46,268 bases of DNA, from assembly GCA_018398765.1 (NCBI GenBank), contig JAHBMJ010000489.1:1-46268 (forward strand). The letters are read 5' to 3'. Every line of letters starts with the position of its first letter. The stretch's first letter is position 1. Position numbers and translations under genes: made by a program. Source of the stretch: Chromera velia (taxonomy: Eukaryota). The notes beneath the pieces were generated by a model. That model was given only the letters and a program-made list of their open reading frames with translations. It had not been told where the DNA came from and made no database searches. Positions 35,148 through 46,268 of the stretch are shown one piece after another.

Positions 35148-35610
35148 TGCTATGCGCTACTTAAGCACAGCTAGAAAGAAGATAGAAATTAAATGAATTG
35201 ATTGTAGTTTAAAGTAATACTGAACAAAAGAGAATTATGCGCATCACTCGCCTTCATGACCTAATGGTTAGCATACAACACTAATAAGCAAAAGGTCATA
35301 GGTTCAAGCCTCGCTACCTCCTTTTTAAGAATCAAAGAAAGAAGATGCAGGACGTTAACGTCTTATATCATACAGATGTTGGCGTGTCACACTTCGATCA
35401 AAATCATATGAACGACTTCCGAAAGACTTTTTGGAAGACTGCAATGAAATCAGATCGATCACCGAATCACAAAAAAGCTCCATACTCCTGACACTGATCG
35501 AATCTATCACTGGAGATCGACCTGAACCACTCCAGCGACATCAAGCCCTGAAGACCCTTAAACCTCTGCAAGCACTCACCAGCGCCAACCCCTCTAAGTA
35601 GACCTTAACA
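35148..35610 (+). repeat. 3' LTR (463 bp), with the tRNA-like cassette at 35250-35326
   Basis: Matches the 5' LTR apart from about 20 substitutions and a few indels. Confidence 0.92.
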
Positions 35611-36785
35611 AAATATCGATCATGGCCAGTCTTACCAGGCCAGATGATTTTTACGGGCTGCCCGACCCGCTAGCCTGTGGTAGGATTTGTTGGATGTTTG
35701 CATCTTGTTTCAAGTTAGACTAGTATAGAAGTCGAGTAAACCTATACACTGCAAGCCATTCCCTTGCACTAACCGCTAAAGTAAACCTTGGGACACATCC
35801 AGAACATGATTTAATTGAATCAGCAAATCTAATACAATATAAAAAAATACTATGATAATATGTACAAATACATGTATGGAGAGCGTGACTACTCACATGA
35901 TAGTAGAAACGATGCCGCTAGCGCTAGCGAGTTATAGTAGCGATGCGGAGAGAATGTAGAAGTCCAGTAGACCTAGCTAGTAGACGTTGAAAGTACATAG
36001 AGATTGGAGTAGATTAGAGCCAGGAATCCTAGGATGAAAGATTATTCAAACATAAATAATTTATGATACTGTCAGATACAGTTGCTAATTGAACAGTCCA
36101 ATCATGAAAACAGATCATTGAAGTCTGAATTATTTTGATAATGAGGTGCAAGTGAAAGTTCTGTTTCATTAGGTCCCAGCATCTCCTGTCCAACTCTCCA
36201 GGCTGCAGCGGTTACTGAGTGCCAGAGCGCCAGCAAGAGCGACAGGCGGACTGGAATTGAGAAACTCCTCACAAGAGCCACAGGATTGGAAAGAGAATCA
36301 TATGGAGAGCTGTACAGAGACATAAGCGAAAAGACAAGCACTAAGTCTTCTTCTTTTTGGGCGCCCGTTCAGTCCGCAAGCTAGTCCGCGCGCGATCTTG
36401 GACATTCGGTCCCTTATTTTGAAGCAGTTCCGAGGCTCCAAAGAAGATAGATGCTGCAAAAATTATGTAGAGAAGCACCGGGGCATTGCAAACTCATGGT
36501 ACAACACATATCAAGTCTAGGTATGCAAAGGCATGATCCAACAACACCCTGAAGCGGCAGCAATTAACAGCCAAAACGTCGGTTTCGCGTACGGCATTTA
36601 GATGAAAACAAAGATGATTTGTTATCGAGTCCTTTTGTTTTTCCCTTTTCCTGCTGCCTTTTGATTCTTCCTCCGTTTCAAGTCTATTTCACTTTCACTG
36701 AAAAGAAAAAAAATATCGAGGCATACGTCGATTTATGGGCTGCGTTTCAGTCTGTTTGACTCTAGGTCTGACTGCATGCTGTCAG

Positions 36786-39745
36786 TCACAGAAGCCATAG
36801 TGTCCTGTCTGCTGTTGCTGTTTGTCTGTCTGCAGTCAACCAGCCTCTCTTCGTAGTTGCCTGTTTGCCTAGCGGCCCCCTGCTGCCTGGATAGTCGACA
36901 CATGCAGGCTCACACAGCAGAGAGAAGGAGAGGGAAGGAAAAAACGAATGCATGAGCACATAGCACGAGATCGAGAGAGAGAGAGAGAGTGACTGACTGA
37001 GCGTTGCTCCAAATGGATGTGCCGCGACTAATGTCCAATAGATCCTCTGGTTCTCTTTGGTTTTGATAGGGAGGGAAAGGTCTCCCCGGCTTTGCCAATC
37101 AAAGTCCCACCATGACATCCCTCCCTCAGGCTGCGAAACTCCCCCAGCCTGCGAAACGGCGGACGAAGAAGCAACGGAAGAGGCAGAAGGCTGGGCAGAT
37201 TTTCTCTGGGGCTGCAACCATGCCTCTTCTCTGACACTTTGAGCCGAGGGACGTTCTGAGGGCTCCCACTTGAGGGTTCTTTGAATGTAGTCAATAATTT
37301 CCCTGTAGTCGGACACCTTCCACTCCGGAGGTCAAGGAATACACGTCTCAAGCCTCTCACGAACCTCTGCAGTAGTTGGAACACGCTCTGTCTGTCTCTT
37401 CTGGTCGAGGAACAATTTCAGGTCTTTCCTACGCACCCTCTGTATGAATGATTCGGGAGGGGGGCCGATTAACCTAACGACCTTCCCGAGCTGGAACCTG
37501 CGGGTGGCATCGTGGCGAGGGTCGCGAAACAGAGGGGTCCGAGACACGAGCTCTGCAGCTACAACTGCCGCACTCCAAGTGTCAACGGAAGAGATGTAAG
37601 GGGGGGCGGTGGCGGTCACCTCAGGTGGCTCATAGATTCGGGTACCAAGGGGAGCGCTGGGTTGGAGTTCTCTCTCCTTTACGTCTCCTGTTTCTTCCAG
37701 GTGGATGTCTCTTTTGGGACGGTAACGAAAGAGATTGTAGTCGATGATCTTGAGGCTGCGCAGTCTGAATCGATCCACCATTAGAGTTTTTGGTTTCTGC
37801 ACACAAGACAGGCAGGCGACAGCTGAAATGGGAAACAATTAAAGTTCTAGAGCGGAACTAAACAGCTGCTACTAGCAGGGAATTTGTAGGAATGAGTAGT
37901 CGATGGAGAAAGGGGAGGGGGGGGCGACTGGAAACACAAACGGGTATGACAAAACATCTTATGGTATGGGGGAAAAGTGTTGAGAGGCCGAAAGGCTCCA
38001 CAGAGGCAGGCGGTTCGACCGATCGAGAGCGGAAACAGTGGAAGCACGCAAGCAATCGAATTGTTAACGGGACACGTGCCTTCCGGTGAGTCTGAGGATT
38101 TGAAAAGAGGAGGGAGAAAAAAGTACAAGAGTTACAATAGTGAATGCACCGTCAGGGAAATCGAGGGTCTTCAAGTTTACCGCTGGCTGGCTGGTTGGCT
38201 TGCCAAATGACTGACTGACCGGGTCTCTGTGTTGCAGGTCTCTATCATGGAGGAAGGAGAGGGCATCTAGCAATTCTCTCACAAGGCGCTGGGTCACGTA
38301 TAAGTATAAGTGGGGCCTGTGGAGAATTACGTTACTTATGTGATCGTCTACCGTCCTGCACAGAAGCTCGATGACTGCCTCGCTGCACAAACAGGAGAAA
38401 CGATTCAGCAACAGAATGAAAGAACTGCATCACAAGCGATCCCCTCAACACACACGTTTTTATCTGGCATACCGCTCAGTCCTAATCCTTCTCTCAGTGA
38501 ACATGCATCAAACAAAGAATGCAGTGATCGATCGCCGAGGACGTGAGTGCGTGCGTGAGTGCGTGGTTGAGTGAGTGATTGCGTGAGTGATTGCGTGAGT
38601 GAGTGAGTGAGTGAGTGAGTGAGTGAGTGAGTGAGTAACTGAGTAACTGAGTGAGTGAGTGGGTGGGCCAGTGAGTATAAGTGAGGGAGTGGGTGAGTGA
38701 GTGAGTGACTGACTGACTGAGTGAGTGACTGACTGACTGACTGAGTGAGTGAGTGACTGAGTGAATGAGTGAGTGAGTGAGTGAGTGAGGGAGGGAGGGA
38801 GGGAGTGAACTCAATCTGCCTGTGGGAGAACGAGAGATTTTATGGTCACAGAGAACATGACCTGGGCGCGGAGCCTGCTTGCCTGAGCAGAAGACTGTGT
38901 GCCTTCCCTGAGCAAAGGGAACTGAGGAAAAGCCACAAAATGCGACTGGTGGAGGGGATGAAAGGAAAAAAAGAAAGTCTCGACCATATCTCTCAAATCA
39001 TCGATCGTCAATGCATTGGGACCTAGGCATGGAACTAACACGTCAATGCCCTGAAAAGACGGCACGTTCCCGATCATCTGCAGATCCTTCAGCTCCTTGA
39101 TCCGCTTGCCATGCTGATATACCCTCAGCTCGTACGCCCTCGGAAAACCTGCTCGGCCCCAAACAAGATTCCAAATCTGGACTTCCTGTGCCACCCCTCT
39201 TGCCACCGAAATCCCCTTCCCGAAAATGTCTGTGGAAACTTTCTTTGCATACCAATGACCAGTGGCCGTCTCCTCCCACCTCGATACGTCGGAATACGTG
39301 CCACTGCCCACAGGCTGGTACTCGATCGGACGCAGCCTTTCCCAAACCTGCATATCAGACAAGGACCAGCATGCAGGCGAGGAGAGACAGAGACACAGAT
39401 ATGCACGGAGAAGTAGGGGGAAGTAAGGAAGGGAAAACAGAGGGGATGTGAGTATGCGCTAGACCAGCAACCTCTATCCTCTTGCACTTATTCGGCCTAT
39501 GAAGACTTACAGGAACAAGCAAAGAGCCTAGATGGCACCATCATCTGAAGACAAGAAGAAGAACAAAAACAACGCACAACAACACAATACAACAGGAGGA
39601 GAGAGAAGACTTCGTGCATGCACAGATGCGCCAGGCCCTCTGCAACGAAGTTGAATGCAGGAAAGCTGGGAACAATCAGACAGTCAGTATGAGTGGGACT
39701 GACAGGAAAGATTGAGGGGTCTTGAACAAGGGGCACGTCGTCCAT
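36786..39745 (-). pseudogene. CMGC-like (CDK/MAPK/GSK3-type) Ser/Thr kinase, probably a pseudogene or pseudokinase; core exons ~39348-38985, 38382-38220, 37796-~37030; termini uncertain
   Basis: Gly-loop VGSGTYSDV, YAKK, alphaC AQEVQI, LSFLH..QHRDP/KPKTLMVD, IIDYNL, GTRIYEPPE, VDTWS..AEL..PLF, LGKVVRLIGPP, LKWEPSERPSA. An in-frame TGA at 37332-37334 joins ORFs 37332-37838 and 36786-37316, which share a frame. Confidence 0.8.
38543..38808. repeat. (GAGT/GACT)n intronic microsatellite
   Basis: Direct inspection. Confidence 0.95.
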
Positions 39746-40276
39746 GACCTGAATATGATAAGCGACTACGACTATGTGTTGCAGCGTTGTCCTTTAACAG
39801 TCCTTATCGATCTCAACGGCTATATCACGTCCTAGTGCGCTTTTCATTTACCATACAGCAGCAAGATGTTATCTTTTGAACTATGACCGTTACTCGGAAC
39901 TGTCCCGGTCACTTTCTTCCCAAACAGCTCTGCTATTATGATGTGTACAGTTGTGTACAGTGTCAGATCGATGATCGAATTACGTATCGATATGCATGTA
40001 GACGGTCGCGTAATCTTGATGATGCATGCATGGTCGATGCATGCATGCATGCACATCTGCAGGCAAGGTGCATACTGGCCCGACAAAGGACCAGAGAGAC
40101 ACTGAAGACATCTGCATGCATGGCGCATTCTGGCGCGCACTCGGCCGCGTGCATGCAAACAGCCCGGAAAGCGGAAAATTGGCGTGCGTACCGTCGCGGC
40201 CGGTTGACTATTACTTGGTTACAAGGTTGCATGACTGACAGTCTCAGTCACAGAATGTCACAGATAGGAGTTGAAT

Positions 40277-40853
40277 CTAGGGGGGGGCACTCTGGAAGGT
40301 TATGGTAGATTTTGAGCCCAAAATAACATAAAATGTGAACAAAAACAAATTTTTGTGAGCCAGTCCGGCAACCTGGAGCTCCACTTTGTCAAGTTACGTC
40401 GAAATCTGATGTGTTTGAAGTGTAGGCTACGTAGTTACTTTAGGTTACCCCCTTTTTATCTTTCTCATACAAAGTTACAGGTTACCCGGTTACAAGCATT
40501 TTAAGCTCAGTAACCGACCAAATTTTCAACTTTTAAAAACATTTAAAATGATATTTAGAACACGTTTGAATGCTTCTTGAGGGAGGTTACTTCATTTTTG
40601 AGGGGGGTCAAAAAAGGTTACGGGTTATCTGGTTACGGGGGGTTTGGGGGCAAAGTGAGTGTGATACATCATTTTTCATCATTTTTGACCATAACCTGAA
40701 TTATTTAACAATCTTGAAGCCAGTTTTATAAGTAACCAAACGTAACTAATCGATTGGCACCACTTTTGACTGATGGTTATATATCATACGTTGTAGGGGG
40801 AGGGGTGTAGGGTCAGTAACTATGGTGTAACCGGCTGAAGTGCCCCTTCCTAG
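40277..40853. mobile_element. ~577-bp MITE with TIRs and an 8-10-bp target-site duplication (hAT- or Mutator-like)
   Basis: Left end CTAGGGGGGGGCACT; right end reverse complement CTAGGAAGGGGCACT. Flanks are GAGTTGAATC (40268-40277) and GAGATGAATC (40853-40862), one mismatch. Many internal GGTTAC/GTAACC motifs. Confidence 0.65.
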
Positions 40854-41855
40854 AGATGAATCGACCTCCGACGTGGGAAGATCTATATAGTTGGAATGTG
40901 GATGTAGGAGAGATTGAGCCACGGGCCTCCTAAAGCTCCAGATACTGTATGACAACTTACGTGGAAAGCTGATGCGTAGTGGATAGTTCTGTTTGCTGGT
41001 GTGATGGGAAGCGTACACGTCTGTTGATGTATTATTCTACTTTTTGGGTTCGCTTTATGTAGGCACACTGCATGTGGGACTGCCATGCAGAGTGTTCCTC
41101 TTTGACAGATTCGGTCTCCTGTCCTTTTGCCACTTAAAGTATCTGAAAGAAGGCATATAAGCTGGACATCAGAGCTACATATATATAATATTCTGCACAT
41201 ACACTTACATTCACTGAAGAGAAACTGCTGAGGGCCCTCTGTCCAATCTTAAGGAAAGTGCCTTTGAATTATGTCAGTACACGCTTCTCTGAAAGATAAA
41301 ACGGGAGGGAGCCTAGCCCACATGCCTCGGGCAGGGGTTGTAAGATGGTTTGCATGAATGTTCAACCGCTTGCCATGCAAAGGTCCCCAAGTTTTCGGGT
41401 GGAGGGTCAAAATATATGTGTAAATACGGAGGTGCAGCAACTCTCGAATCAGATTCTGGTATCGCCACCGCTTCTGCAGCCGACAGTTTCTGCCGTCACC
41501 ATATAGAGCTGCCATCATCGTTTTGTGCTCCTATAATATATATTATAGTAGACACAGTCAGTTTCTCCCCCTTCTTCTTTGTATTCTTCTATCCGTATAA
41601 TGATCGCAAAGTAAAGGATGAAGACAGACAGATAGACAGGCAGGCAGGTAGGAAGACGGACAGACAAACAGACATACGAGCCCTTTTCTAGAGGCATCCC
41701 GGAATGAACTGCCTCTGCTTTCGTTGAAATTCGGGGACAAATGCGAATCCTTCTGTCTCTTACTCTCTCTGTGCTTATATCCGTATGATAGTGTATGCAT
41801 GCGTACGTGCGCGTATGCTTGCTTATCCGACTTAAGGATTAGAGTCTTCAAGCTT

Positions 41856-44800
41856 CGATCGTGCTTCTTTCTTGATCAATGCATCTGCGCTGTAGCCACA
41901 ACCCCTGTTGATTTCCGATCGTATGTACCTCGACTGCGTCTGAGTGTGAAGGCAGATCCTCCCTTTTCCCCCTTCCCCCCTTGCTCCTGTATCCCATTGC
42001 CACAGGTTGGGGGAGGCGAAAAGTTCGTAATTGGGGCCTGAGAAATCCTGAGAACCTGCAGTCCGTCTTTTCAGTCCGAGACACTCAGAGTCTCTGCCGC
42101 GCCCCCCCAGAGGAAGTCTCTGGCTTTACTTTTCTCACCCCACCGTCGCCCTCCTCTCATGACTGGTTTTCTCATTCGCTTTGGATCTTTTCGAAAACTC
42201 TTGCGGGAAGGATAGAAATATTTAGGGGCACAGACATACGTTAACTCTCCCTGCATGAGATGATTCAAAAGAGTAGTAGTTACACATCGGTAGAAGAGCG
42301 CTCTCGCCCACCCGCCCACCCGCCCGCCCGCCCTTGTGTCTTGCGTGCGTGCAGGTTTATCCCATGAATTGTTGACTTCGCTGACTCGAAGGAAGGAGAC
42401 TCGATCAGGGGGAACACGTGAAGGGACCTCGAGGAGAGAGTGGGTGAGCGCGGTGTGTCTGTTTCTGTATCGTTCGGCTCCCTCCTTCAAGTTAATCTCT
42501 TTTGTTTGGTTTCTTCTCTCGCAAGCCGCCTCGAGAGGGCTTTCTCTGACTGGTTAGAGACATTCATAGGTGTGGTTTGAGGATACCGTGCGATAGGCAC
42601 CTGCCATCACGTTCAGATAATTGTTCGCCTCTTGCTGCTGGGAAGTTCCCTAAGAGAAGCTCGCGAGGCCGGATTCCTCGATCTGAAGCCATTAGGGTGG
42701 ACCTATACAAAGACCACATTTCCCCCTGTGATCTTCTTATTTGAGCCAGTGCACCTCCCTATATCTCTCGATCATCGCATGCCATTTTTTAGGAGGGGGG
42801 CGGATTAATGGAAGCGGGGGGTGGGGGGGACTGCACCGTGCATGAACATGCACAGAGTTTTTGCAGGACGTTTTAGAGGAGGCTCTGAGTGAGGTAAGCA
42901 GGAAGAGAGAGAGGGAGGAGATCGTCGGCGACGTTTTCGATCATTCACGGGGACAATGGCAGGCTACCAGCGAGCGAAGGTCCGCACTGCTGGCTTGGTT
43001 TATCCTATTATGTCGATAAAAGAGAATTAACACGATTGATAGCTAAATTAAAAGACAGCCAAAGAAATAAATTGAAATAAATTCTGCAAAAATGATTAGA
43101 AACGATTCCTGCGCCCCGCTTCAGCAGTGTGGAGTCATACTTTTACGTTGTGTTTTGGCTAGATTTGTTCCTGTCTTTCTATCCCATCAATTCTTTTTCC
43201 ATGATGTGCGGCTCGTTGATTGGGGCATTTATCGCTGATCGAATTGAATCTGCCTGCTTCTTCTGAGCTCCATGCCGGCCTGCATGTAGTCGCCCTCTCT
43301 TGCGTCATGACGATACTTGGAGAAAGCAGGGTTAAGCACGTGCAGCTAGTCTGATTGGTGCACTTTCTTTCTGAGTGGATATACGTACGTCTTTGTTGAT
43401 GGAGAAGCGTCATCCTCTTCTTCTTCTGGTCCAGCTGCCTCTTGAGTTGAAGTTCTCCTGTTTCCGCAGAAACGGTCCACAGAGAAGAAGGGAATACAGA
43501 GAAGGTCGGGCAATTTACCAAACAATTTCAGCTCTGTTCAACACTTGCATGACACCCCCCTCCTCTGGTTTTCCACTATGTTTTACTTTCCACTTTTTGT
43601 CTCGTCTGCCTGGCTTTTGTACAGCATCCTGCTTTCAGCCTGGCCTGGCTTCTTTTTCAGGAAACCCTCTGTCCCGGTGAATAGCGAGAGATCTTCAATG
43701 TTTGCGTCAGTAAACCCACTTGCATATTTTTGTATAACCATATATGTTTCAAGGGGCTTTGCCTTTGCTCGCCTTCACTACGCACTGGCGATCGTGCTTC
43801 TTTCTTGATCAATGCATCTGCGTTGTGGCCATAAACCCTGTTGATTTCCAATCATATGTACCTCGACTGCGTCTACGTATGAGGGCACATCCTCTCTTTT
43901 CCCCCTTCCCCCCTCGCTCCTGTATCCCGTTGCCATAGGTTGGGGAAGGCGAAAAGTTCGTAATTGGGGCCTGAAAAATCCTGAGAACCTGCAGTCCATC
44001 TTTTCAGTCCGAGACATTCAGAGTCTCTGCCGCGCCCCCCCAGAGGAAGTCTCTGGCTTTACTTTTCTCACCCCATCGTCGCCCTCCTCTCACGACTGGT
44101 TTTCTCATTCGCTTTGGATCTTTTCGAAAACTCTTGCGGGAAGGATAGAAATATTTAGGGGCACAGACATACGTTGACTTTCCCTGTGTGAGGTGATTCA
44201 AAAGAGTAGTAGTTATACATCGATAGAAGAGCGCTCCCACCCACCTACCCACCCGCCCGCCCGCCCTTGTGTCTTACGTATGTGCAGGTTCATCCCATGA
44301 ATTGTTAACTTCGCTGACTCGAAGGAAGGAGACTCGATCAGGGAGAACACGTGAAGGGACCTCGAGGAGAGAGTGGGCGAGCGCGGTATGTCTGTTTCTG
44401 TATTGTTCGGCTCCCTCCTTCAAGTTGATCTCTTTTGTTTGGTTTCCCCTCTCGCAAGCCGCCTCGAGAGGGCTTTCTCTGACTGGTTAGAGACATTCAC
44501 AGGTGCGGTTTGAGGATACTGTGCGGCAGGCACCTACCATCACATTCAGATAATTGTTCGCCTTTTGCTGCTGGGAAGTTCCCTGAGAGAAGCTCGCGAG
44601 GCCGGATTCCTCGATCTGAAGCCATTAGGGTGGACCTCTACAAAGACCGCGTTCTCCCCTGTGATCTTCTCGTTTAAGCCAATGCACCTCCCTGTATCTC
44701 TCGATCATCGCATATCATTTTTCAGGAGGGAGGCGGATTAACGGAAGCGGGGGGTGGGGGGGACTGCACCGTACGTGAACATGCATAGAGTTTCTGCAGG

Positions 44801-46268
44801 ACGTTTTGGAGGAGGCTCTGAGTGAGGCAAGCAGGAAGAGAGAGAGAGAGGAGATCGTCGGCGACGTTTTCGATCGTTCACGGGGACAATGGCAGGCTAC
44901 CAGCAAGCGAAGGTCCGCACTGCCGACTTGGTTTATCCTATTGTGTCGATAAAAGAGAATTAACACGATTGCTAGCTAAATTGAAAGACAGCCAAAGAAA
45001 TAAATTGAAATAAATTCTACAGAAATGATTAGAAACGATTCCTGTGCCCCGCTTCAGCAGTGTGGAGTCACGCTTGTGCGTTGTGTTTTGGCTAGATTTG
45101 TTCTTGTCTTTCTATCCCATCAATTCTTTTTCCATGATGTGCGGCTCGTTGATTGGGGCATTTATCGCTGATCGAATTGAATCTGCCTGCTTCTTCTGAG
45201 CTCCATGCCGGCCTGCGTGTAGTCGCCCTCTCTTGCGTCATGACGATACTTGGAGAAAGCAGGGTCAAGCACGTGCAGCTAGTCTGATTGGTGCACTTTC
45301 TTTCCGAGTGGATATACGTACGTCTTTGTTGATGGAGAAGCGTCATCCTGTTCCTCTTCCGGTCCAGCTGCCTCTTGAGTTGAAGTTCTCCTGTTTCCGC
45401 GGAAACGGTCCACAGAGAAGAAGGGAATACAGAGAAGGTCGGGCAAACAATTTCAGCTCTGTTCAATGCTTGCATGACACCCCCCTCCTCTGGTTTTCCA
45501 CTGTTTTTTACTTTCCACTTTTTGTCTCGTATGCCTGGCTTTTGTACAGCATCCTACTTTCAGCCTGGCCTGGCTTCTTTTTCAAGAAACCCTTTGTCCC
45601 GGTGAATAGCAAGAGATCTTCAATATTTGCGTTAGTAAACCCACTTATATATTTTTGCATAACTATGTATGTTTCAAAGGGTTTCGCCTTTGCTCGCCTT
45701 CACTACGCACTGGCGATTGTGCTTCTTTCTTGATCGATGCATCTGTATTGTGGCCACAACTCCTGTTGAATTCCGATCGTGTGTACCTCGACTGCGTCTA
45801 AGTATGAAGGCAGATCCTCTCTTTTCCCCCTTCCCCCCTCGCTCCTGTATCCCGTTGCCATAGGTTGGGGAAGGCGAAAAGTTCGTAATTAGGGCCTGAA
45901 AAATCCTGAGAACCTGCAGTCCATCTTTTCAGTCCGAGACATTCAGAGTCTCTGCCGCGCCCCCCCAGAGGAAGTCTCTGGCTTTACTTTTCTCACCCCA
46001 CCGTCGCCCTCCTCTCACGACTGGTTTTCTCATTCGCTTTGGATCTTTTCGAAAACTCTTGCGGGAAGGATAGAAATATTTAGGGGCACAGACATACGTT
46101 GACTTTCCCTGTGTGAGGTGATTCAAAAGAGTAGTAGTTATACATCGATAGAAGAGCGCTCCCACCCACCCACCCACCCGCCCGCCCGCCCTTGTGTCTT
46201 ACGTACGTGCAGGTTCATCCCATGAATTGTTAACTTCGCTGACTCGAAGGAAGGAGACTCGATCAGGG
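41856..46268. repeat. Tandem macro-repeat, unit ~1.93 kb, at least 2.3 copies, running off the window end
   Basis: Unit start CGAT(C/T)GTGCTTCTTTCTTGATC at 41856, 43789 and 45714 (periods 1933 and 1925). The ORF track shows the same short ORFs repeated. Confidence 0.95.

Larger units (their letters stand above)
29584..35610 (+). mobile_element. Complete ~6.0-kb LTR retroelement lacking a recognisable gag-pol (non-autonomous, LARD-like)
   Basis: Two TG...CA LTRs. 4-bp TSD AAAT at 29580-29583 and 35611-35614. PBS-like TGGTGACGCC 2 nt after the 5' LTR. PPT AGAAAGGGGCGAA before the 3' LTR. No long ORF or RT/integrase motif was seen inside. Confidence 0.9.

Noticed and set aside
43310..43380. U1 snRNA-like start (ATACTT) in the macro-repeat
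   Set aside because: It lacks ACTTACCTG and the other U1 features.

Overview
Eukaryotic, intron-rich, repeat-rich genomic DNA. It looks like an alveolate of the chromerid/apicomplexan type, inferred from (GTCT)n/(CT)n introns, TGCATGCA motifs and a CAAAATGG start context. Two genes appear intact: the 3' end of an ATM/Tel1 PIKK kinase (4 exons with kinase domain and FATC, 579-2728), and a 5-exon, ~2128-aa gene joining a DOT1-type SAM methyltransferase domain to two CW-type zinc fingers (20969-28612). The rest is decayed genes and mobile DNA: an RBR/RING E3 ligase pseudogene with a head-to-head inverted paralog, a CMGC-like kinase with an in-frame TGA, stacked 5'-truncated LINE ends, two TIR MITEs, 32-bp and 79-bp minisatellites, a ~1.93-kb tandem macro-repeat, and a complete 6-kb LTR element (4-bp TSD, PBS, PPT) with no recognisable pol. 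The three strongest leads are: (1) both LTRs of that element carry a tRNA-Val(AAC)-like Pol III promoter cassette; (2) repeated sequences show a CpA/TpG->TpA-biased transition load resembling fungal RIP; (3) the DOT1 + 2x zf-CW reader-writer fusion. All calls were made by eye, with no database searches.
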